From an uncultured Gammaproteobacteria bacterium (GTDB lineage Bacteria; Patescibacteriota; Patescibacteriia; SBBC01; CAIJZX01): a stretch of 64,000 nucleotides of DNA. Within the stretch, counting starts at the first letter, position 1. Each line of letters starts with the position of its first letter. The position numbers and the translations under genes were made by a program. Below, one piece after another: positions 56,018 to 64,000 of the stretch. Where the stretch lies: assembly GCA_964518425.1 (NCBI GenBank), contig CAZFGG010000003.1:9634-73633 (forward strand), given 5' to 3'. The notes beneath the pieces are model-generated. The model searched no databases. It was not told the origin of the DNA and saw nothing but the letters and a program-made list of their open reading frames with translations.

Positions 56018-57118
56018 TTAAAACTTCCCCGTTGTCACTAAGGTACTGGTGCTCGTGTAACTACCGGCTTTGGTTGTGCCGGAGACACCCGCGCCAAAGC
56101 ACAGGGTGGTCGTTTGGGCGCTCACCGGAGCACTGGCGGAAGCAAATGATTTGAAGCTCGTGGAGAGGGCCGTCAGGTTGGTGGTACTGGTAGTCGTAGA
56201 ACATGCCGTCGGGTTCCACTGAGCAATCGTATTGCCAGATTGTGAAGATGCCGCACCATAACCTTCGTTACCAATGGCTAAGGTGCTACCAGGCACATCT
56301 TGGATGGTGTTACTTCCAGACGTGAGGGTAGCATTGTAGTTCACTAGTGACGCATAGCCATTGGCACCATTCGTCGTGACTTGGCTGGTAATACCGGCTT
56401 GGTTGATGTGACCGGTATCGAGGGTACCGAGTGAAGCGGTGTTGGCACTCAGGACAACCGTCAAGGTTGGATTGACCGTGGCTGACACGGCGACTTGGTC
56501 GTTGGTGATGAGAGACATGGCCAAGGTTCCACTATCGATATCTACCGATGAGTTGTTTGTCGTCGTCACTAAGACCTGAATATCGTTACCGGCCGAGGCG
56601 GCCGTCCCGAGTAGGGCGGTCGGTGATCCTGCTTGAGCGATTTGAACACCATACTTGGTTGTCGCTGAAAGGGTCGTGAAGTTGGCCACGATAATCTTGT
56701 CAAAGCTACTGCCACCAGATCCTTGGGTACAGCTCGCGGTGACTGAACCGCCGGGTAGGGTCGTGGCACTTTCCGTCGCGCCGGTTGGGTTAGCAATGCC
56801 GGTCACCACTAAATCGGTTCCAGCCGTCCGACACCATTTGCCATCGTCGGCATCGGGAAACTGTAGGGTGATTTTCGCGCTCGCACCACCCGTCACTGAA
56901 CTGACCGTCGTGAAGAATACTTGGTGGGTAATGCCGCTGGCGACATCCGCTTGCTGCCGGCTCAAGTAGTCTCGAGGAGTGCTCAGGACCCCGACCGCCA
57001 GAGCGTTACGAATAGGCAGGCTAGAAAACGCCAGTCCAAGAATTGTGAGAACAGCAAAAAAACGGGCGAAAATGGCTCGCGTTGTTTTATTTGGTCCAGA
57101 CCGAAATTTCATGGTCAT
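56018..57118 (-). CDS. Secreted surface protein, paralog B (same family)
   Basis: Over 120 bp of 100% DNA identity with paralog A (55261-55380 versus 56381-56500), embedded in about 85-90% identity elsewhere. Confidence 0.55.
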   Translation of the reverse strand: MTMKFRSGPNKTTRAIFARFFAVLTILGLAFSSLPIRNALAVGVLSTPRDYLSRQQADVASGITHQVFFTTVSSVTGGASAKITLQFPDADDGKWCRTAGTDLVVTGIANPTGATESATTLPGGSVTASCTQGSGGSSFDKIIVANFTTLSATTKYGVQIAQAGSPTALLGTAASAGNDIQVLVTTTNNSSVDIDSGTLAMSLITNDQVAVSATVNPTLTVVLSANTASLGTLDTGHINQAGITSQVTTNGANGYASLVNYNATLTSGSNTIQDVPGSTLAIGNEGYGAASSQSGNTIAQWNPTACSTTTSTTNLTALSTSFKSFASASAPVSAQTTTLCFGAGVSGTTKAGSYTSTSTLVTTGKF

Positions 57119-57204
57119 AATTGGAAAATAGTCTTGTTTTTCTTTGTTTTTACTTATTTCTGTCTATAGTATAGCACTTCCTGACAAAATGGTCAATCCA
57201 CAGG

Positions 57205-60200
57205 CTAGAACCGACCAGTTGTCACAACCGTCAAATTGCTTGTGTAGGCCCCAGGGACTTGCGTTCCTGATAGAGCGGTCAGAAGGCAGAGCGTCGTAGC
57301 CTGTCCAGAAACCGTGCCCGATGACGAAGCGAAGCTCTTAGCAGAGGTAGACAGCGGCGTGGCGCTTGAGGCACTGGCCGTCGTGGCGCAGCTTGTCGGG
57401 TTCCACTGGGCAATCGTGTTGCCGGCCTGAGAAGTTGAGGCCCCGAACCCGGACGTACCAGCCGACATGTTGTTCGGCGGTGATCCCGTCGTATCGGCAA
57501 TTGTGTTGGCACCGCTCTGGAGGGTGTGGTCGTAGCTTACAACCGAGACGTATCCCCCGCTCCCCGTGGTCGTGACGGTGCTAGAAATACTTCCTTGGTA
57601 GACTTGGCCAGTGGTTAGCGTTCCAAACGCTACTGAGTTGCCGGATAAACTGACCGTCAGCTTCGCAAAGGTCCAACAATCATTATCTCCTTCGTTCTTA
57701 TTTGTGCCATCGGAAGCATCAATCACTCCACCCGTACTACTACAAGCTTCGGAATCTTTGACGCTGGCAAAGGTAATCGTTCTTGAACCACTGCCAGCGT
57801 TGATATGCCACTGTGAACCTCCGGCTGAACTGTGCAGAGTGACAAAGTGTCCGGATGTTCCACTGAAGTTGATGGCGGTTAACGTATAGGTTGAACCGGC
57901 GTTGAACCGGAGCTTGACGTCGTTGGTCGCGGCGGTAAACGTATTGTTCGTCGTCAGTCCGCTAGCCAGAATAACTGACGGCGACGAATCGGGATCAGAA
58001 CCGGAACTGTTGGTGATGGTTAAATTGTAGAACGTCGGCGACCCGCTGACAGTTTGTTGCGACGAGCCATTGAGGGTTAACGTATTATTCGTTGTCGGGG
58101 TAAACGTACCATTCGAGGCATCAAAGTTTCCGCTGACTGTCCAAGCTCCCGTACCGGTCGTGATCGCCGGAGTAGCTGATCCCCCTTTGGTATAGGTCAG
58201 GTTTCCGGTCAGGTTGACCACCGGGTTATTCGATCCAGAGAGCGTCAGTATCTGACTTTGGCTAGCACCAGTAATAATTTTTAGATTAGCGCTAAGGTTG
58301 TGCGTCCCGGCTGACATTGTCACGCTTCTGACGTTGGCCGTATTACCGTAGATTTCTACGTCACCACCATAGGTTCGGTTTGACATCGTCACGTTTCCGC
58401 TGACCGTATCAAAGCGGACAATACTATTAACCGTGCCGGTCGTGGGGAAAGCGGTGCCCGTGTTTTGATAGTTCAGGGTACCCGTATTGCCGCCAATGGT
58501 CCCGCTCAGGCTCAGCGTCGTGCCGCTCGTCCCAGACAAGGTGAGCGTCCGGCTAGCGTTGAGTGTTAGCGTCTTCGTGTTGTTGACGGTGAGCGTTGTG
58601 CCGACCGTCAGGTCAGATGTCGCTAAACTGATGGTGCCACCGATCGTCAGACTACTTAACGTCGCTGAACCACCAGTCAGGTTTTTACTTGTCCCGTCCA
58701 TGGTCAACGTACTCGTCCCAGCGGTAACCGTACCATTCGTCAGGTCGACGTTGCCGCTCATTGTCCATGTCCCACTCCCCATGGTCATTGTCGGCGTGCC
58801 GCTCGAGGGTTTACTAAAGGCGAAGTCCCCGGTGAGATTGACCGTTGGGTTATTCGTTGCTCCGGCTAACGTCACGTTCTGAGAATTGTTCGCGGTAATT
58901 GTTAATGTACCCGAGAGTGTGTGCGTACTGGATAACATGGTCACCGTGCGGGCTGACGACCCGGAATTGTTGTAGATTTCTACATTACCACCATAGGTTC
59001 GATTGCTCATCGTTTGATTGCCGCCGGTGGCGTCGAACCGTAGGGGCGAAGAAATTGTTCCGGTCGTCGGGAAAGCGGTTGTGCTTTGATAAACGAGCGT
59101 TCCGCTACCGCTGATAGTCCCGTTTAAGTTTAAGGTTGAACCAGAATGTGTCAGTGTTCGGCTGGCTCCCAGTGATAGTGTGTCACCGGTCGCAACCGTG
59201 ACCGTGCCGGAGGCAGTAAGATCACTACCACTAAGCGTGACGGTGCCCGTGCTTTCTGGATCAATGTTCAAGCCGCTGAGCGTAGCGTTGCCGCCAGTGA
59301 TCGTGGCCGCAGTGCCTTCCATCAGGACTGTCGATGATCCCGCGGTAATCGTCCCGCCGGTCATATCAAGATTACCGGCAATAATATGCGTCGCGTTGGC
59401 TAGAGTGATCGTGCCCGACAGCGTTAAGTTGTATAAAGCATTACTGTCCGTCGTCAGTGTCTTGCTCGAGCCGTTCATGACCAGCGTCGGCGTACCGGCC
59501 GAAACGTATCCAACGCGCATGACCGGTGGAACCGTACCTTCACTCGAATCAAAGAATTGATCAACGTCATTAATATAATTCGTGGCCACGGTAATATCCC
59601 CAGCAATACGCGATTTGACGTCACTCGTCGCCGTAGCACCGAGTTGATAATACTTGCGACCGGTCGACGTCCAATCTGTGGCCGTAGCATAGGTCTGTGA
59701 AACACCTTGTCGGGCATACATCCCTCCGGGAGCGCCTGAACTACAGCTGCTGGCATCGATACTATCGACGTTGGTCCGGCCGATAAGAACTTGCCCGCTG
59801 GCGGCAGTCGAAACATTCACCATGAGCTGCGACGAGGTAATGGTCGATGAACCGAGTCCGGAAAAGGCCGTCGATAGGCTAAAGCGCATAGCTGACTTAT
59901 AGGTATCTTCGTCGTAGGGGTAGTTACTGACGCAATCCCCACCCGTGACATGCGCAACTTCTAAGCTTGCGCCGCTCGCGCCCTGACATGAGTAGATGGT
60001 CGATTGAAGATCACAGCCCAGTCCAGCATCGTCAAAGTGCATGTCTTGAAAAACTGTCCGATCCCAGGCGGGGTTGATCACTTTTACCTGCGGCGCATAG
60101 AATCCACTAGTGAAATCAACGTTGCCGCTAACCGTCCACGTTCCACTGCCAGCTACCAGCACTTCTTCCCCACTGCCCGTACCGGTGTAGTCGAGATCGC

Positions 60201-63200
60201 CAGTGATATTGATCGTCGGATTTTGGGCACTACCGTCAACCGTGACGTCAGCCGCGCCATTGGCATTGAGATAGAAATGGCTGGAGAAGGTGAGCGTCTG
60301 CGAACCAGCCGTCCCTAGGGTAACTGTTCGTAGCGTCGAGGCTGAGTTGTTGTAAAACTCGACTTGGCCGCCATACGTTCGGGCCGAGGCGGTTTGATTG
60401 TTGTTCGTAGCATCAAATCGGAGATGCGAACTGATCGTGCCCGAGGTGGGAAACGTCGTACTGCTTTGATAGACATACGTTCCGGAACCGGTGATTGTCC
60501 CGTTGAGCGTGAGCGTGGCGCCTGAATGGGTTAAGGTTCGGTTGACATTAATCGTGAGTGTTTTTGGAGAGTCGATTTGCAGTGTCCCCGACACCGTCAA
60601 ATCGGTATTTTGCAACGTCGTATCGTCAGAAATCGTCAGGGCGCTCAGCGTTTTTCCTCCGCCATCAATTGTTTTTGTCGACCCAGTCATAACGACTGTT
60701 GACGTACCAGCCGTCAACCCAGTCGAGCCAATGTTGAGATTGCCAGCCAAAGTATGGGTCGCGCTGGCTAAAGTAATCGTTCCACCGCCAGAGGTCGTGA
60801 AATTGTTTAATGTCTTTCCGTTCGACGTTAGCGTACCCGTGCCGTTCATGGCGAGCGTGCCAGAGTTATGGTTGAACGTGGTGACGTTTGTCAGGTCAAA
60901 GTTACCGCCGACAGTCCAGGTGTTCGAACCCATCGACAAGGTGATCGCGCCGTTGGCCGTTGAAGCGGTTACGTTGCCGGTAACATTGACCGCCGGGTTA
61001 TTCGTATTTCCAGCGATGATCATCGCCCCGCTACCGGTCGTTTGCATATCGAAATATCCAGAGAGCGTGTGCGTGCCATTCCCCAGTGTGAAGGTTCGCG
61101 ATGAACTCGAGGTGTTCAGAACTTCGATTGAACCATAATCCGTTCGAACCGCCGACGTCATGGCATTCGTGACCATGTCGTACCGGAGGATCAGAACGGC
61201 GGCGAGGGTGCCAGTCGTCGGGAAGGCTGTCGATGAACGGTAAATTAATTTTCCCGGCCCGTTGATCGTCCCATTCAGCGTCAAGGCACTGGCTCCAGTA
61301 TTCGAAAGCGTCAGTGTCCGACCGCTGTTCAGGGTGATGCTCTTCGTATTATCTACTTGCAATGTATTTGACGCCGTCAGATCGGTATTTTGTAAAGTTT
61401 CAGAACCGGAAATGGTCAAGTTGTACAAGGTTTGCCCACCTCCATCGATCGTCTTACTTGAACCGGTCATGGCGATCGTTGATGTGCCGGCGGTAATCGT
61501 CGCGCTCGAACCAAGCGTCAGGTTTCCGGCCAGCGTGTGCGTCGCGCTGGCTAAAGTAATAGCTCCTGATCCTGAGGTCGTGACGTTATTGAGGGTCTTA
61601 CCGTTCGAGGTTAGTGTTCCAGTTCCATTGAGTGCGAGAGTTCCCGAGTTATGGTTCAAGGTCGTAACGTTTGTCAGGTCAAAGTTGCCACCAACGGTCC
61701 ACGTATTCGAACCCATCGACAAGGTAATTGCGCCGCTGGCCGTCGAAGCTGTCACATTAGTCGTGACGTTGACTGCTGGATTATTGGTATCCGTCGCCAC
61801 GATCATCGCACCGCTGCCGGTCGTTTGCATGTCGAAGTATCCAGAGAGCGTGTGCGTCCCGTTACCGATCGTGAGCGTTCGGGACGAGCTGGAAGAGTTG
61901 AATGCCTCAATCGAACCATAGTCGGTCCGCACAGCCGACGTCATAGCGTTCGTGACCATGTCGTACCGAAGAATAAGGACTGCCGCTAAAGTCCCGGTCG
62001 TTGGGAAGGCTGTTGATGAACGGTAGATCAGGCGACCAGGACCGTTGATAGTGCCATTTAAGGTCAGCGCGCTCGCGCCAGTGTTCGACAGGGTGAGCGT
62101 CCGGCTGCTGTTGAGCGTAATACTATTCGTATTGTCTACCTGAAGGGTGCTCGAGACAGTTAAATCAGTGTTTTGTAAAGTCTCCGAACCTGAAATGGTT
62201 AGATTATTGAGGGTCAATCCTCCGCCATCAATCGTTTTCGAGGAACCGTTCATGACAACCGTCGATGTTCCGGCGGTTAATCCAACCGAGCCTAAGGTCA
62301 GGTTGCCAGTAATCGTATGCGTCGCATTGGCCAAGGTAACAGTTCCTATACCGGAGGTGGTGAAGTTGCCTAGGGTGCTGCTCCCCGTTGTGAGGGTTCC
62401 TGTACCGTTCATTACTAGCGTTCCTCCGCTTGAGGTAAACGTTCCTGAGTTTGTGAAGCTGCCACCAACGGTTAGTGAATTTGCGTCTGATGCGACGAAA
62501 ATGGCCGAGGCTGCGATGGTCATCGTGCTGGTCACAGTGATGGTTGGATCATTCGTTACGTTGGTAAACGTTAGGGCGTTCGTCCCGTTGCCGACGGTCA
62601 GGCTACCTTGGACGCCGAACGCGCCAGACTGGCCCGTATACGTTACCGTCCCAGCTGGCGTCAGGTTCAAGGTCCCGTAGTTTTGGGTCGAAACGTTTTG
62701 CGCGCTGGTTTGCTTATAGGTCGTCGTGCTTGTTGAGCCAAAGGTGTAGGTCGTGAAACCGGTCGGGAACGTTTGTGTTGTCCCGTCCATTTGGAAGGTG
62801 GCCAGGTTCTTCACTTCAAATGTTTTGCCGCTGGCGCCGGTGATATTGAGACTCCCGTTCTTAAACAGGACGCTCGACGTTGAACCGTCGCCGACCGTTA
62901 GGTTTCCGGTTAAGGTGGTAGCCGTCGGAGCTGCGTCTGGGGAAGCACCGCTGGCATTCGTATTCAGAATTTGCAGGTCATTGTACTGCGCTCCCGCGTT
63001 ACCCCAGGTGAAGTAGACCGTTTGGGCGGCTGAACCATTATAAACCCATTTACAGCCGGATGAACCAGGCGTCGAGGTGGCGCTGCCGGGATTGGTGATC
63101 GATCCGGAAATTTTTACTGTGGCCGCACCGCCGGAACAGTCAATCACTTGGTCAGCCACTGTCGCGTTCGAGGCGAAGGACAGACTGGTTGAGGCGGTCA

Positions 63201-63972
63201 TGGTTAATGTCCCGGTCGTCAAGATAATTTTATTAATGAAGTTGCCGGTATTTCCGCCGCTGAAGGTGATCGTTCCCGACACTTCGGCGGTCCCGGCGTT
63301 TATCAACCAACTACTAATCACTTGGTTATTGACCGGTTGGGTCAGGGCCACACTGCCAGAAATATTGAGGTCAATCCCGCTCGCTTGGGTAAAGGTGGTG
63401 GCCGTGTTGTTTGGGTTCCAGGTCAAGTTTCCACCGCCGATGGTGGCGTTGGTATTGAGTGTATAAGAAGAACCATTACCAAGGACCATGCCATAGAACG
63501 GCGTCAAGGATGACCCCCCGATGGTTTTGCTTGAGCCAATGAAGACAATGGTTTGGTTGCCGCCAGTAAATGGTGTCGTACTATTGTTCGTCCAGTTACC
63601 GGCGATCGTGAACCCAGCCACCATATTTAATGTCACCCCGGAATCAATGAAGAAATTCGGGTAGGTATAGGATCCCGGACGACCGTTGGCCGTGAAATGG
63701 AAATTTGACGTTGAATCGAAGGTACAGGTGCAGCCAGGAATAAAGTCTCCGCCGCTATTGACCGTTGCCGCGCCGCTCGTCGTAATTTTCGTATTGCCAC
63801 TCGTCCCAGCAAAGGTAAAGGCACCAACCGAGGTTATCGTTCCCGTACTGGCTTTCAGCTCAGCGGCGGTGACGGTACCGCCCGTGATTGAAATCGTCCC
63901 GGCCGTCAACGTGCAGGTCAGCATGTCGACTGTCGTTTTGCCGGTCTGGGCGGCAGTTGAGCTGCTGGTCAT
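57205..63972 (-). CDS. Giant (at least 2255 aa) Thr/Ser/Gly/Asn-rich repetitive adhesin-like protein carrying the shared C-terminal ...VTTGRF module; may extend beyond the window end
   Basis: Tandem about 260-aa repeats (NGTGTLTSNGKTLNN..TSG.G.ITLASATHTLAGNL...), beta-helix-like composition; C-terminal about 150 aa homologous to paralogs A and B. Confidence 0.6.
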   Translation of the reverse strand: MTSSSTAAQTGKTTVDMLTCTLTAGTISITGGTVTAAELKASTGTITSVGAFTFAGTSGNTKITTSGAATVNSGGDFIPGCTCTFDSTSNFHFTANGRPGSYTYPNFFIDSGVTLNMVAGFTIAGNWTNNSTTPFTGGNQTIVFIGSSKTIGGSSLTPFYGMVLGNGSSYTLNTNATIGGGNLTWNPNNTATTFTQASGIDLNISGSVALTQPVNNQVISSWLINAGTAEVSGTITFSGGNTGNFINKIILTTGTLTMTASTSLSFASNATVADQVIDCSGGAATVKISGSITNPGSATSTPGSSGCKWVYNGSAAQTVYFTWGNAGAQYNDLQILNTNASGASPDAAPTATTLTGNLTVGDGSTSSVLFKNGSLNITGASGKTFEVKNLATFQMDGTTQTFPTGFTTYTFGSTSTTTYKQTSAQNVSTQNYGTLNLTPAGTVTYTGQSGAFGVQGSLTVGNGTNALTFTNVTNDPTITVTSTMTIAASAIFVASDANSLTVGGSFTNSGTFTSSGGTLVMNGTGTLTTGSSTLGNFTTSGIGTVTLANATHTITGNLTLGSVGLTAGTSTVVMNGSSKTIDGGGLTLNNLTISGSETLQNTDLTVSSTLQVDNTNSITLNSSRTLTLSNTGASALTLNGTINGPGRLIYRSSTAFPTTGTLAAVLILRYDMVTNAMTSAVRTDYGSIEAFNSSSSSRTLTIGNGTHTLSGYFDMQTTGSGAMIVATDTNNPAVNVTTNVTASTASGAITLSMGSNTWTVGGNFDLTNVTTLNHNSGTLALNGTGTLTSNGKTLNNVTTSGSGAITLASATHTLAGNLTLGSSATITAGTSTIAMTGSSKTIDGGGQTLYNLTISGSETLQNTDLTASNTLQVDNTKSITLNSGRTLTLSNTGASALTLNGTINGPGKLIYRSSTAFPTTGTLAAVLILRYDMVTNAMTSAVRTDYGSIEVLNTSSSSRTFTLGNGTHTLSGYFDMQTTGSGAMIIAGNTNNPAVNVTGNVTASTANGAITLSMGSNTWTVGGNFDLTNVTTFNHNSGTLAMNGTGTLTSNGKTLNNFTTSGGGTITLASATHTLAGNLNIGSTGLTAGTSTVVMTGSTKTIDGGGKTLSALTISDDTTLQNTDLTVSGTLQIDSPKTLTINVNRTLTHSGATLTLNGTITGSGTYVYQSSTTFPTSGTISSHLRFDATNNNQTASARTYGGQVEFYNNSASTLRTVTLGTAGSQTLTFSSHFYLNANGAADVTVDGSAQNPTINITGDLDYTGTGSGEEVLVAGSGTWTVSGNVDFTSGFYAPQVKVINPAWDRTVFQDMHFDDAGLGCDLQSTIYSCQGASGASLEVAHVTGGDCVSNYPYDEDTYKSAMRFSLSTAFSGLGSSTITSSQLMVNVSTAASGQVLIGRTNVDSIDASSCSSGAPGGMYARQGVSQTYATATDWTSTGRKYYQLGATATSDVKSRIAGDITVATNYINDVDQFFDSSEGTVPPVMRVGYVSAGTPTLVMNGSSKTLTTDSNALYNLTLSGTITLANATHIIAGNLDMTGGTITAGSSTVLMEGTAATITGGNATLSGLNIDPESTGTVTLSGSDLTASGTVTVATGDTLSLGASRTLTHSGSTLNLNGTISGSGTLVYQSTTAFPTTGTISSPLRFDATGGNQTMSNRTYGGNVEIYNNSGSSARTVTMLSSTHTLSGTLTITANNSQNVTLAGATNNPTVNLTGDFAFSKPSSGTPTMTMGSGTWTMSGNVDLTNGTVTAGTSTLTMDGTSKNLTGGSATLSSLTIGGTISLATSDLTVGTTLTVNNTKTLTLNASRTLTLSGTSGTTLSLSGTIGGNTGTLNYQNTGTAFPTTGTVNSIVRFDTVSGNVTMSNRTYGGDVEIYGNTANVRSVTMSAGTHNLSANLKIITGASQSQILTLSGSNNPVVNLTGNLTYTKGGSATPAITTGTGAWTVSGNFDASNGTFTPTTNNTLTLNGSSQQTVSGSPTFYNLTITNSSGSDPDSSPSVILASGLTTNNTFTAATNDVKLRFNAGSTYTLTAINFSGTSGHFVTLHSSAGGSQWHINAGSGSRTITFASVKDSEACSSTGGVIDASDGTNKNEGDNDCWTFAKLTVSLSGNSVAFGTLTTGQVYQGSISSTVTTTGSGGYVSVVSYDHTLQSGANTIADTTGSPPNNMSAGTSGFGASTSQAGNTIAQWNPTSCATTASASSATPLSTSAKSFASSSGTVSGQATTLCLLTALSGTQVPGAYTSNLTVVTTGRF
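58400..62700. repeat. Tandem about 770-790-bp intragenic repeats (about 5 units; the two central units are almost identical) within the giant adhesin gene
   Basis: Reverse-frame ORFs at 60491..61138 and 61262..61921 are near-identical copies offset by 771 bp; further copies at about 58.5, 59.2 and 62.1 kb. Confidence 0.7.
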
Positions 63973-64000
63973 GGCAAAACCATTGGTGACAGTTAACGTG

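Noticed and set aside
60491-62680. Series of 130-220-aa plus-strand ORFs with near-identical sequences
   Set aside because: They are antisense to the tandem repeats of the giant minus-strand adhesin gene. Their similarity reflects the DNA repeats, not separate genes.
1-64000. CRISPR arrays, transposases/IS elements, integrases, prophage genes
   Set aside because: No short direct repeats with spacers, no terminal inverted repeats and no recombinase-like ORFs were seen. tRNA-Asp and tRNA-Val are not flanked by integrase genes.

Overview
Almost the whole window is coding, mostly on the minus strand, and reads like a small bacterial genome, possibly from the Patescibacteria/CPR group (inference). 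Its backbone is housekeeping: recO, ileS, argS, smpB with its tmRNA, the infC-rpmI-rplT operon, prfB with a programmed +1 frameshift, comEC, an HtrA-like protease, nrdR-nrdJ, ftsA-ftsZ, ybeY-dgkA, rpsU, hisS, lepB and tRNA-Asp and tRNA-Val. Between these sit several accessory blocks that deserve a second look:
- ileS carries an inserted histidine-phosphatase (PGAM-like) domain of about 200 aa.
- A putative cobalamin-salvage locus (cobO adenosyltransferase, two DUF4430 proteins, a small polytopic membrane protein and a candidate B12 riboswitch) lies near a B12-dependent class II ribonucleotide reductase (nrdJ). nrdR-nrdJ has a textbook promoter with two NrdR boxes.
- A cohesin-dockerin island: three tandem membrane-anchored cohesin paralogs next to a dockerin-bearing secreted protein.
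- A surface-protein cluster: a DUF916-like TM-anchored protein, two near-identical secreted paralogs and a repetitive adhesin of at least 2255 aa, all sharing a C-terminal module.
- An 1898-aa surface protein with a VirB2/TrbC-like N-terminus, co-oriented with two thrombospondin-type-3 (TSP3) repeat proteins.
- Three small secreted proteins sharing a conserved N-terminal leader.
- A bacterial CarS (CDP-archaeol synthase) homolog, an ASCH-PNPOx fusion and a split comEC.
No CRISPR arrays, transposases or integrases were seen.
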